A stretch of DNA of 34,311 nt from Octopus bimaculoides (Eukaryota). The notes beneath the pieces were generated by a model. The model was not told the origin of the DNA and did not search any database. It was given only the letters and a program-made list of their open reading frames with translations. The stretch spans positions 63,840,187 through 63,874,497 of the forward strand of contig NC_068987.1 in the NCBI RefSeq assembly GCF_001194135.2, read 5' to 3'. Within the stretch, counting starts at the first letter, position 1, and each line of letters begins with the position of its first letter. The translations under genes and the position numbers were made by a program. This document shows positions 12,020-24,600 of this stretch, piece after piece.

Positions 12020-12235
12020 CTAGAGTGTTGATGTTGCTGTTACTTAGTCCCAGATCAGTCCCAGTTGAGCAACACAAGAGTAAAGGTATTCTAGTCATGA
12101 TTATCCTGTTTTCGGACATAACGTACACGCGGACATATGGCATGTATTATTTTCCTTGTAAGACAGTAATATGTGGTTTGGAGGAAATTTAGCTGCAAGT
12201 TATAGCTTGTCCAGCAAAACGGAATAAGTTCTCTC
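12020..12235 (-). mobile_element. Probable retroposon 3' remnant with an (AAC)-like tail
   Basis: The reverse complement ends ctgggactaagtaacagcaacatcaac. It resembles an octopus interspersed repeat recalled from memory. No full second copy is present in the window. Confidence 0.4.
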
Positions 12236-12402
12236 GGTAGCGCATGATCGTTGTAGTTGATAACGCTAATAAATGTTGTTGCGTATTTCTAACTAGTTTA
12301 TAAATCAGAGGAGTCTAGGCTCAGAAGTAGCGAATGGCATAAACTATATTTCCAGTGAAGTGGAGGTAATATTTAATATAGGCAATACGACTCTAGTGAT
12401 TT

Positions 12403-12550
12403 GGCGAATTAAACGAATCGTTAGCGTGTCGTATAGCTTTACAATGTTCGTTCCGGCTCTCTGCACATACCGACGAGAGGAAGTTTTACTTTCAAAACTT
12501 CTGTGTCGATATATAAAGCACTAGCCCTGTACTGGGGCTGATCTATCCTT
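12403..12550 (+). mobile_element. SINE family 1, highly diverged
   Basis: ggcgaattaaacgaatcgttagc...gtcgatatataaagcac...gtactggggctgatct follows the family 1 block order. Confidence 0.55.
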
Positions 12551-13829
12551 ACTCTCTCTATTTCTGTCTGTTTGTCTGTCCCTCTGTAATCCACTCCTGA
12601 AAGAAATCAGTTGTGATCAAACTTGGAGAAGGGATGGACTCCATCAGGTGTAAAAATGCCACAAGTCCCCAACGGTCATCCGTCGGGCGTTGTGAGCGAA
12701 GGGCAAGAACAAGACCATTACAAATGTGTAATTAATTAAAATTACACATGTAACGAAGAGAAAAACATAGCGATATCTTTAATGATAATTATTATTAGGA
12801 AAGATAAGGCTGACGATTCGGAAATTCGGATTAAGAATTGATTGGATACAAGGAGTGTAGCATAAGTCTGATTTTCAGTAGTATCCCAATAAATTTTTAT
12901 ATGTTCTAGTTATATTAGACCTCCTCAGTGTAGAATATACTTTCTCATACTCACCAGATCTCAGGTATGATTTGTATATGTGATTTTAGGAAAAAGAAAA
13001 CATTGACAGGTTATATAACATAAGCAGTTGAAAAGGGAAAACTTCGCAGGGTTGTTATCTGTATAAACAATAAGTTAAGTGGAAATTAAATGATTATGTG
13101 AATAAGAAAATACAAATTAATCTATTAAAATCGGGTCCAGTGTAGTTGTCTATCTATGTTGAAACCGTGACTTCTAATTGCCTTCTAATTTTTATCTTAA
13201 CATTTCATACATGTATGCATGTATGTATGTATGTATGGGAAGGCTTTGGTTGAAAATCAGAAAGGGAAACTGTATGCATTTTGTTGACGGTTTTTCAAAT
13301 GGCCAACATCTCCGTCCTCACTTAACGTTTGTAATTTATTTCATTGATTATGTATGTAACCTTCAACAAAAACTTCAGCTTCTGCACATTATTTTGAATA
13401 GCGAATATGAAATAAACACCAGACATATGATTGTGAGGATAAGTTTATAAACAGGCGTGGAAAGTATTAAAAATGGGCGTTCTTTCTGTTCAGCATCGAT
13501 GAAGGCATTTTTGTATCATACCAGAATTTATCAGGCGTAAACTGAACAGCATACGATTCAGCATTCTTCAGCAGTTTCTTAGATGTCATCTTTTAAAACT
13601 CTTATATTTATTTTTTTTTTTGTGGTAAAAATCTACAAAAATATAGTTTGTGCTCACAAGGCATATGCAAAAGTATCAGACATCTGAACTATATCAATGT
13701 CATATTTCTACTGTAGGAATTAAAGCATATTTAAACTCCATTAGGCCATACGATCGCTAAACCAAATTTTCCTCAAATCGAATTACACAGCTTCATATAT
13801 ATATATATATATTTACCGATAAAGGTTTT

Positions 13830-13901
13830 TTTCATACTGAACTACTTGGCAAAATTGTTAATTATTAATTTTATTACTAATTGGCAATTCTCTGCCCTAT
13901 A

Positions 13902-13932
<31 letters not shown>

Positions 13933-14718
13933 NNNNNNNNNNNNNNNNNNNNNNNNNNNNNNNNNNNNNNNNNNNNNNNNNNNNNNNNNNNNNNNNNNNN
14001 NNNNNNNNNNNNNNNNNNNNNNNNNNNNNNNNNNNNNNNNNNNNNNNNNNNNNNNNNNNNNNNNNNNNNNNNNNNNNNNNNNNNNNNNNNNNNNNNNNNN
14101 NNNNNNNNNNNNNNNNNNNNNNNNNNNNNNNNNNNNNNNNNNNNNNNNNNNNNNNNNNNNNNNNNNNNNNNNNNNNNNNNNNNNNNNNNNNNNNNNNNNN
14201 NNNNNNNNNNNNNNNNNNNNNNNNNNNNNNNNNNNNNNNNNNNNNNNNNNNNNNNNNNNNNNNNNNNNNNNNNNNNNNNNNNNNNNNNNNNNNNNNNNNN
14301 NNNNNNNNNNNNNNNNNNNNNNNNNNNNNNNNNNNNNNNNNNNNNNNNNNNNNNNNNNNNNNNNNNNNNNNNNNNNNNNNNNNNNNNNNNNNNNNNNNNN
14401 NNNNNNNNNNNNNNNNNNNNNNNNNNNNNNNNNNNNNNNNNNNNNNNNNNNNNNNNNNNNNNNNNNNNNNNNNNNNNNNNNNNNNNNNNNNNNNNNNNNN
14501 NNNNNNNNNNNNNNNNNNNNNNNNNNNNNNNNNNNNNNNNNNNNNNNNNNNNNNNNNNNNNNNNNNNNNNNNNNNNNNNNNNNNNNNNNNNNNNNNNNNN
14601 NNNNNNNNNNNNNNNNNNNNNNNNNNNNNNNNNNNNNNNNNNNNNNTTTCATACTGAACTACTTGGCAAAATTGTTAATTATTAATTTTATTACTAATTG
14701 GCAATTCTCTGCCCTATA

Positions 14719-14762
<44 letters not shown>
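13830..14762. other. Gap 13933-14646 flanked by an identical duplication of about 100 bp (probable unmerged contig overlap)
   Basis: tttcatactgaactacttggc...gccctatatctg(TA)n occurs at 13830 and again at 14647. Confidence 0.9.
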
Positions 14763-14766
<4 letters not shown>

Positions 14767-15420
14767 AATGTTACATATTATCCAAGATATATCATGCATG
14801 AAAGAGATGGTTTCTTCACTGGAAAGACTTTTATCGAAGTTAGACTCGTAATATACATGATTACCAGCGATTAGAAAAAACATATTTGCGATTTTTAGAC
14901 ATCTGTTACTAAATTTCAGTTTCAGATTTCTAAACACACCAAATAATATTTTAAAAAAAGCTTATCTTCCTTGTAATTATCGCGACCACTGGGAGTACAA
15001 TACCTGTATTTTCATCCTTGTCTACACAAGAAAGATAAAACTAAAGTACTAATAAGGGTAATGGATATCTATAGACGGGATCGTCTTTCACATTTGCCTG
15101 TTTGGCTATCTGTCTCCTTACTTTTATATATGCCTGGAATGATCTAGCGGTTGTATGTCCAGTTGTCTAATTTTTCTATTTGTATGTTTATAAATGTACA
15201 CATCTATAAATATGCATTGATCTATATGTGTATGTATATCTGTATGTACATGAGTAGACATCTCTGTATCTATAGATCAGTGCATCTTCTCACAAATATG
15301 TACGTATGAATATATTTATAAACACATCTTTCTACCTATATGCATGTTGTTCAACATCTATGGATATAAGGAGACACATCTTATATATATGTGAAGTTCG
15401 TTTTATTTCTTTGTATATGT

Positions 15421-15878
<458 letters not shown>

Positions 15879-15969
15879 TTATTTTGCTTTAAGCGGAAGA
15901 ATATTTCTATTTACATACGTATTTGTCTGTGGGCAACGTTTTTCACTTTCAAATTGTATTATTTCAATA

Positions 15970-16189
15970 TCCGAGGGTATGCTGAAAAGTTCCTGGCTTT
16001 TCATTAAAAGAAAATACGGGAGGATCAGTTAATTGTGATTTCATTCAACATATCCTCCTCCTCAGATTCTCACGCTTATTGCAGCGGCCCTTCAGTTTTT
16101 CTAAGCCCTATAAAAGTACTCAGAAGGTTGGGCTTCCAATCAAGCCTTTCGCGATACCCGTAAAGCCAGAAACTTTTCAGCACTTCTCG
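15970..16189. mobile_element. Mariner/Tc1-type MITE
   Basis: TIRs ccgagggtatgctgaaaagttcctggcttt (15971-16000) and aaagccagaaacttttcagcacttctcg (16162-16189). TA flanks at 15968-15969 and 16190-16191. Confidence 0.8.
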
Positions 16190-16395
16190 TATGTTGTTTT
16201 GCATGTAACCAACTCTATGTACTTCAATGCTATTTGCTATACACTTCATTAGCTATACACTTCATTTATATGGCTCCAAGAAAGCTATAACATGTTAACG
16301 AATACTCAACTCCGAGTGCTTATAATAACAGAATATTCATTATCCGATATCACGCTCAGTATGTCCTGTGTACAACCTGACGATTTACTCTAAAG

Positions 16396-16625
16396 CAGTG
16401 GTTATCAACCCTTTTTTACCTATGTACCCCTTTGATTCTTGTTTTACACGAATGGACCCACAAAGCCATTTCATATTTTGAAAAGTCCTATGATATTCTT
16501 ATAATTAAATATTGTTAGGAATGGTATAAGAAAATGTTCAAATATTTTGTGTATTGTAGAAACATCACCAATTTATTACACATACTTTAACAAAACCTTA
16601 TATGGACCCCGCTTGAGGAGCGCTG
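16396..16625. mobile_element. hAT-Charlie-type MITE
   Basis: Ends are cagtggttatcaacc and gcttgaggagcgctg (degenerate TIR). The 8-bp TSD is ctctaaag (16388-16395) / ttctaaag (16626-16633), close to the Charlie NTCTAGAN preference. Confidence 0.78.
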
Positions 16626-16870
16626 TTCTAAAGCATGAAGATATTAACTAACAAGTATTTATTAGTAACGCTATTCCTACACGTTTCTTTTAAACTTTTA
16701 TCGTGTTTGATATGCATCATTAAAAGCAAAAGAATTGTTGAAAACGGTATGGTATTTTAATAAATTCGCAAAAAACTTCAATAACTACGATTTTTTAAAA
16801 AAGAAACAGATGCAGTTTCAATCAACCCCAGACCAATTCTCCTCTCCCTCTTTTTTTTTCTCTCTCTCTA

Positions 16871-16874
<4 letters not shown>

Positions 16875-16942
<68 letters not shown>

Positions 16943-16968
16943 CAAAGATAAATAGATAGATAGATAGA
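16875..16968. repeat. Compound microsatellite (TA)n-(GA)n-(GATA)n
   Basis: Tandem units read directly. Confidence 0.95.
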
Positions 16969-17060
16969 TTTACACACATACGGAAGTAGAAAATACAGAT
17001 AAGCAAAAGTAGGTGTAAAAAGCTGCATATAAAAAGCGTGTGTATGATGTAATCAAGCAT

Positions 17061-17244
17061 TATATTTACAGGTGTTTCGAATACACAATATCTGGTGCCA
17101 TAACCATGTATATTGTAGCATAAGATCCATTAATATTGTAGCTGTATGGGCTTGAACAGATTCTGAGACAGTCATGGTACGAAATGTTGTTATCCTCTTC
17201 AATGGCTGCATTAGCATTGTCTATTCGAAACAACTGTAAACATA
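17061..17244. mobile_element. MITE-like element with 29-bp inverted ends; interior is exon-like on the minus strand
   Basis: tatatttacaggtgtttcgaatacacaat (17061-17089) against the reverse complement of 17216-17244 (tatgtttacagttgtttcgaatagacaat) gives 26/29 matches. TA|CAG junctions occur on both sides. Confidence 0.7.
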
Positions 17245-17901
17245 GGACGTGATGAAATAATTTATACATTTATATACGCGTGGTTCCACTTAAGTACGTT
17301 ACTGAGACCCATTTTCGTTTGTTTGAATTTTCTGTATTCATACTCTCTCAACGAAGATCGCTCTTATAGGTGACTTCGCTCATCAGAGCGACTGAAGCTA
17401 GATGAAAGCTTCTGACTTTAAGTTTCGGATTTATCTGAGTATTACCTGGTGACTATCTATACTGTGCTTGCTTTAGCATTCTTCAACAAACATATGCACG
17501 CACAAATCTCTCTCTCCCCTCCCTCTCTCTCACACACACTCACACGCAAACACACACAAACTCCACACATTCTTTCCCTCTGTCTTTGACTATACATGTA
17601 TATATATTTATATATATATGTGTGTGTGTGTGTGTGTCTGTGTGTGTGTGATACATACATACATATATATATGTACATGCCATTGATGAGACTATTATTC
17701 ACTACGATAGGTTTCGACGCATCTTGCGCCAGTGCTGCACGGATGAGATGCTGTACAAGCAATTGTGGTGCATCATAGGTGCAGATTTATCTCGTTAGAG
17801 GACTTGTTAAAAGGTAACCGAATACAGTGAACAGGTTTAAACGGCATGCTACAAGGTGTTTATCCAAATTTGAAACTATTACTTTTAAATATATATGTCT
17901 A

Positions 17902-17904
<3 letters not shown>

Positions 17905-17969
<65 letters not shown>

Positions 17970-18097
17970 NNNNNNNNNNNNNNNNNNNNNNNNNNNNNNN
18001 NNNNNNNNNNNNNNNNNNNNNNNNNNNNNNNNNNNNNNNNNNNNNNNNNNNNNNNNNNNNNNNNNNNNNNNNNNNNNNNNNNNNNNNNNNNNNNNNN
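17905..18097. other. (TG)n array followed by assembly gap 17970-18097
   Basis: Read directly. Confidence 0.95.
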
Positions 18098-18134
18098 TAC
18101 ACTGTTAGAAATAAGAGCTGAAATGCTATTTCTT

Positions 18135-18247
18135 AAGCCCAGTGTTTATTCTATCTGGTTCTCTTGCTGAACTACTAAGTTACGGTGACGTAAACACACC
18201 AACACCGGTTGTCAAACGATGATGGGAAGACAATCACAGACAAAAAG

Positions 18248-18313
<66 letters not shown>
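18135..18313 (-). mobile_element. SINE family 2, central fragment plus its (CA)n array
   Basis: ctaagttacggtgacgtaaacacaccaacaccggttgtcaa is the reverse complement of the block at about 398-440. Confidence 0.8.
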
Positions 18314-18335
18314 AAACAGAGGTCTTGTGGTTTTG

Positions 18336-18531
18336 TGACAAAATGCCCAGCGGTATTTCGTCCGTCTTCACGTTTTGAGTTCAAATTCTCCCAAGGTTGA
18401 CTGTGCCTTTCATCCTTTCGGGGTCGATAAATCAAGTACCAGTGAAATACTGGGGTCGGTGTAATCGATTAGTCCTCTCTCCCCAAATTTCACGTCTTGT
18501 GCGCGTAGTAGAAAAGATTATTATTATTATT
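18336..18531 (+). mobile_element. SINE family 1, 5'-truncated, ending in an (ATT)n tail (18517-18531)
   Basis: Contains the B-box gagttcaaattc, then tgcctttcatcctttcggggtcgataaa...gtagtagaaaag-attattatt. Collinear with 28834-29024. Confidence 0.88.
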
Positions 18532-19550
18532 CAGATGCCTTATCTTTATCACGTGCTTTCACTGCACTGCCGAGCGCAGCTGTGTGCCGTGAATATGTAC
18601 TATGGTCTGTTCTGATGCACTTATTGTTACTGTATTGAAAGGATCTGTGCGGTGCCTAGTAGTGCTATTTTCTGTGTTATACATACTTGTTAGTCATGGT
18701 GTTTTTGTTGTGTTTGTCTGAATATCATACCTAATATGTCTGCTATGATAGGAATTGTTTCTGTTTTTAGACTGCACATTCGAGAAACGTTGTCATCTGT
18801 TGGTATTGATACATCGATTAGAAGGCACTTTTTTTAATGATCTCTGACAACTATATTCTGCCTGTTGGCCTTAATTTCTCTATCTGTGTGTATTGGCATA
18901 TCCCGTAGTATGGTTACTTTTTCATTGACTTTCTCTATGACCTTTTCTGGCGCGTGCCTATACCATCTATTTTCAGCTGTTATTCCATAGTGTTGTTATA
19001 GTTTCCAGTGTATATAGATCCCAAATCTGTCGTGTCCGTGTATACATTCCTTCTTAGCCAAGAATGGGCAGCCAGAGACAATGTGGTTTATTATTTCTTG
19101 TCCATCTCCCACATATTCTGCATTCACTTACGTTTCTTTTCATTATATGTCTTTGGTAATTTCTGGTTTGGTAATTTCTACTTTGAGTCCTGAGCTTCTC
19201 AGCCATTGTTGGGATTTTGCTTTGTCTATTTCTTTCGCGTTTAGTTTAACCCAGTATTTGCCATGAAGGGGCTTTTCTTGCCATCGGTTTATCATGATCC
19301 GTTGCGGTTCTAGTTTTAGTTTGGATTTCAGTAGTTTCACAGTTTTTGTTGATTCTTATTTTTCTTCATGGTTGTTACGTACTATGACTTCTTTTTTTGT
19401 ATTTGTGAAATTCCTTAAAGACTGAAAACAAATTTTTGTTTTGTTCGTGTTTTGTGGCTATTTGTATTAGTTTTCCTTGGTCATGAAGTAGGTATTTTTG
19501 TAGTCCTTTGGTGATTATTTTGTAATACTTTTCTAGCTGTATAAGGCCTC
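18532..19550 (-). mobile_element. R4/Dong-like copy C, 5'-truncated and decayed (same subfamily as copy B)
   Basis: RGLIQLEKYY...; RWQEKPLHGKYW; CRICG/DGQEIINHIVSGCP (CCHC finger); LIDVSIPTDDNV; 3' UTR shared with copy B. (TAA)n lies on both sides. Confidence 0.9.
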
Positions 19551-19604
<54 letters not shown>

Positions 19605-19606
19605 TT

Positions 19607-19653
<47 letters not shown>

Positions 19654-19740
19654 TGATGTTGTTGTTGTTGGTGTTGTTGTCTCGGTGTGAGTTGTTATGG
19701 TGATGGTAGCGATGGCGCTGATGGTAGTAGTAGTATTTAG
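19551..19740. repeat. Compound trinucleotide array (ATT)n-(TAG)n-(GTT/GGT)n
   Basis: Tandem units read directly. Confidence 0.9.
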
Positions 19741-20003
19741 TTTTCTATTAGAAAGATGTTCACACCGTATCAGGCCACCCCTAAAGATCTTCAAACTATA
19801 CGCGTGCCTTATTTATTTTGATCTTCCAGCCCTTGTACAGTCCTCTACATTTCCTTTCGCAACAAATGAATGTTATTGAGACGAAGTTTCTTTATTTTCC
19901 TTTTCATTCATTGAAACAAGCATTCAACGCCGTATATATTCCCACACATACGTACGTGTATATTTACGCATACACATGTAGAAGCACGTACACATATGTA
20001 CCC

Positions 20004-20034
<31 letters not shown>

Positions 20035-20040
<6 letters not shown>

Positions 20041-20054
20041 TATACACACACATG

Positions 20055-20140
<86 letters not shown>

Positions 20141-20170
20141 TATATATATATTTATGTACATATATATATA
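20035..20170. repeat. (TA)n microsatellite
   Basis: Tandem units read directly. Confidence 0.95.
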
Positions 20171-20621
20171 TTTATGTACATATAAACATACATCCACAAA
20201 GAAACAAGCACAACTGACTGGCGTATAGGCATTCAATATCTCTTGTTAGACCACAGGCAAAGCAACAAGACAAAATAATGATAAAAATACTGACAACTTT
20301 TGTATGAATTTGTTAATTTTGATGTATTTTAAATAAGAAACGAAATGAATTGCTCTCTTGCGATTTTCAGGAGTATCTCTGTCTCATGAATTATTCTTGG
20401 TGACAGTTAATGTATCTGAAACATTGTTGAAAACCTGGTTTTGCAAAGTAATTCATACTAACAGCGCTAGTAATATGAAATTGAATTATTCATCTATTAT
20501 ATGTAGTGATAAAATCACAACATCAGGGGGAGAGATGTTTATGTGGCTGTTTTACGTGCTAGAAGTAAGAGACAAATCTGTTTTAGATTGCAACTTCCTT
20601 TTATGTTTTCTTTTTTAATAT

Positions 20622-21030
20622 TTTTTGCTCGTTCTGATCATAGATCTGGCTGCTGCTTTACTGAAGTAGCGCCTTGAAATGTTTCTTCGATGAAATCTAC
20701 CTCTAGCAAATTCACGTCTGATACATATTTTATCGGGCTATTTGCTGAACTTCCAAGTTGCGATGGCGTAAGCAGAACAATAGTGGTTGCGAAGCAGTGT
20801 GGATGCTCACACGTGCACGCGAGCACTTACACATGAATACAGGCACAGTACACGGACATACACACGCATATGTGACGGGATTCCAAACAGTTTCCGTCTG
20901 CCAAATTCACTCGTAAGATGATGGCTGGCTTGTGTTACAGTCGAAGTCATTTCCTCGGAGTGTCGCACAGTGAAACTGAACCCTAGAACACAAGGCTGCA
21001 AAGCGAACTTCTTAACCAAACATTCATGTC
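20622..21030 (-). mobile_element. SINE family 2, full length, old and diverged
   Basis: Same block order as 15421-15878 (gtagcgccttgaa; tatcgggctatttgctgaac; gacggg...cagtttccgtctgccaaattcactc; gtgaaactgaaccc; aacttcttaacc). Confidence 0.7.
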
Positions 21031-21146
21031 AGTCGCTATAAAACTATGGCACTTAAAATATAATCATTAAAAGAAAAAAAAAACGAGAAATAGAACGGAA
21101 ATGAGAATCTGAATTAGTTGTATTTTATTTCGATTTCGATCCTGTT

Positions 21147-21373
21147 AAAGGCGGTGAGCTGCCAGATTCGTTAGCACGCCAGGCAAAATGCTTTGCGGCA
21201 TATCGCTCGTCTTTACGTTCTGAGTTCAAATTCCACCGAGATCGGCTTTGCCTTTCATGCTTTCGTGATTGATAAAATAAAAACCAGTCATGCACTGGGG
21301 TCGATGTTATTGACTTACTTACCCATTCCTTGTCCAGAACTTGCTGGCCTTATGCAAAATTTGAACCCAATTA
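21147..21373 (+). mobile_element. SINE family 1 (tRNA-derived), full length
   Basis: Head aaggcggtgagctgccagattcgttagc (A-box-like), B-box gagttcaaattcc at 21222-21234, then the family 1 body. Confidence 0.88.
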
Positions 21374-21482
21374 AGACCCTGCTATACGTTACTACCATAC
21401 GTTACGATGCAACTGATATTTTGCAATCACTTCTTAGGACTGGTATTTTCACTTTTGAATAAAGATCTCTGGTTCTTTAAAT

Positions 21483-21483
<1 letters not shown>

Positions 21484-21547
<64 letters not shown>

Positions 21548-21720
21548 ATATTTTTAGTACACATTATATCTTTTATATATTTTATGTTTTATATTTTAAT
21601 GCCTTTGTATATATATATCCTTTAAATTTTTTTATATTTTATTATATTATATTTTTATATTTATATTTTGTTTATATTTATATTTTTTATTTCCTTATAT
21701 TTTTTAAAGTTTTTATAGCA
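21484..21720. repeat. (CA)n array followed by AT-rich low-complexity sequence
   Basis: Read directly. Confidence 0.85.
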
Positions 21721-22944
21721 TAAAAATCTGGTGGCAATTTATAATTAAAATTTTTCTTTTTCACAAAGTTCGTTTTATGCTGCAATATTATATTATCATA
21801 TATGAAATTATCCGTTACCCCTTATTTAGTTATATTTGAAATTTCTTTCTAGCCTTTATATATTTATATATTTATATTTTGCTTTAACGGTATAAGTAAA
21901 CTTAGTTTAAAACTTACTCCTTCTGTTTCTCTCTTAACTTATATCCCACCCATAATCCTTTAAGAAGTATTCATTTTAGCAGTTCACTTTTCCTTCTCCT
22001 TTAAGATGACAATCAAAATAAGCTTAATGACCTATCCCTATTCCCACTTTTCTTTCTATTATCAACACTCCCCCATCAGACATTCTCGTTTAACACCCTA
22101 GGACCAACCCTTCGGTGTTGATATTGCCGGATGTAAAGTTCCATTTTCTCAGGTAGTTGGAACGGTATGTCATGATACTAATTAATCTAAAACTCCCTAA
22201 AGATCTAATTTTAGATGCTTTGAAGCCTACATTCTTCCTATTGTTTTCGGTGTGTAGATAACGGTGTTAGTACTCTCATTTATCCCTCCCTCTCCACTCT
22301 AGCCAATGCTAATTCCTGATTTGTCTGTCGGTGTACTGTCCTTTTTTCTTTCTGCCAAAAAATTTAGCAGCGGAATCATTGTAAATATTTGCTCTCTAAT
22401 AAATATGTTTAGATATCTAACTTGTCCTTTATGCTTGAAGTCTATGCAGTCATCTGATGAGAACGGATGTATCTCTTTTACACAGCAAGTTTGAGCAGAT
22501 CCCATGCCTTACCACCCCACTTTCTATTCTTATTTATGTATACAAAAGACAAATTTACCGTTAGGTCTCACAACTCTGTATTTGCTTGTCCTTATTGTCT
22601 CCTCCAAGTCTTATGTCTCTGAATCTTTGTTTCAGTCTTCAATGCAAGCATTATTGCGATTCCTGGTGCTGCGATGTTTTCCAGTGCCGAAATCACTGCA
22701 ATTTCATCTAACGACACAGCTGACGAAAGGGTTACCAATGCCTGTTTGTTTTCCTTTCCGTTTATTGTTTCGCTAATTTTTTCCATGTTATTTGCCAATA
22801 TAAGATTGTGCGTGTGCGTGTGTGTGTTTTATTTGTCTAATTTCATACACAATCACTTGAAATATTCAGTTTCTGTGTGTCATTGACTCCTAAGTTTTTC
22901 GTATTTTAGTGCCTTGGTGGTATATTCTTTTTTGATATCATCAC

Positions 22945-23017
<73 letters not shown>
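22945..23017. repeat. (ATT)n microsatellite
   Basis: Tandem units read directly. Confidence 0.95.
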
Positions 23018-23732
23018 GCTATTGTTCCTTTCATTATTATATCAACACTACGATTAGCAAAAGCGAAAATCGGGAGGAAATGTTGTTGTTTGTTTTCTTG
23101 TGTTTGTATATTTAAGTCCCCGCGAACTCAACATTATCACTGATCTATAGACTGTTTCATTATAATTCCAAAACAAATATACATTATATATGCATACATA
23201 AATAAACACATATACAGACACAAACAGAGAGACAGATAGACAGATAGACACACACACACACACGTATATAAATGCATATACTCACAAACACACGCATAAA
23301 CACACACACACTCACACACACTCACACACACTCGCACACACACACACACACATATATGTAAACATTTACATAGTATTTATTTTGCCTCAGTTTGTCCATC
23401 TTGTAAATCTTTTTAACAGACACACAACCTTGCTCGGTGTAGGTGTTTTGATATCACAGTTGAATTATACGAAAGGCGCACTAAGATGTAAACAAGGAGA
23501 CGAGCACACAAGCGCACATAGATATACAGAGGCACGCACAGGCGTATACACACGCATGTGCGTAGTTGTATATAAGTATGAACATGTGTGTGTGTATGTG
23601 TGTGTGTGTGTGTCTGTGTGTCTGTGTGTCTGAGTGTCTGTATATATATGTGGGCACATATATATATATATATATCCATATACACACTTTTACCTATCTG
23701 TCTAGCTGTATAGTTATCGGTCTCAAAAAGGC

Positions 23733-24054
23733 GCACTCCGTCGGTTACGACGACGAGGGTCCCAGCTGATACGATGAACGGAACAGCCTGATCATGAAAT
23801 GAACGTGCAAGTGACTGAGCGATCCACAGACACGTGTGCCTCTAACGTATTTCTCAGGAAGACTCAGCGTGACACATAGCCTGGCAAGGCCGGCCCTTTG
23901 CAATACACGTACTACTCATTTTTGCCAGCTGAGTGAACTGGAGCAACGTGAAATAAAGTGTCTTGCTTAAAGACACAACGCGTCACCGGGAATCGAACTC
24001 ACGACCTTATGATCGTAGGCCGAATGCCCTAACCACTAATCCACGCGCCTTCAC
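23733..24054 (-). mobile_element. SINE family 3a: tRNA head + CORE-like domain + shared 3' module
   Basis: Reverse complement: ggcgcgtggattagtggttagggc...gagttcgattccc (A/B boxes), then ttgtgtctttaagcaagacactt...cagctggcaaaaatgag (MIR/CORE-like). 23733-23909 matches 33425-33600. Confidence 0.88.
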
Positions 24055-24057
24055 TGG

Positions 24058-24600
<543 letters not shown>

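Noticed and set aside
16236-16266. 15-bp tandem duplication gctatacacttcatt
   Set aside because: An ordinary slippage event or TE footprint with no further structure.
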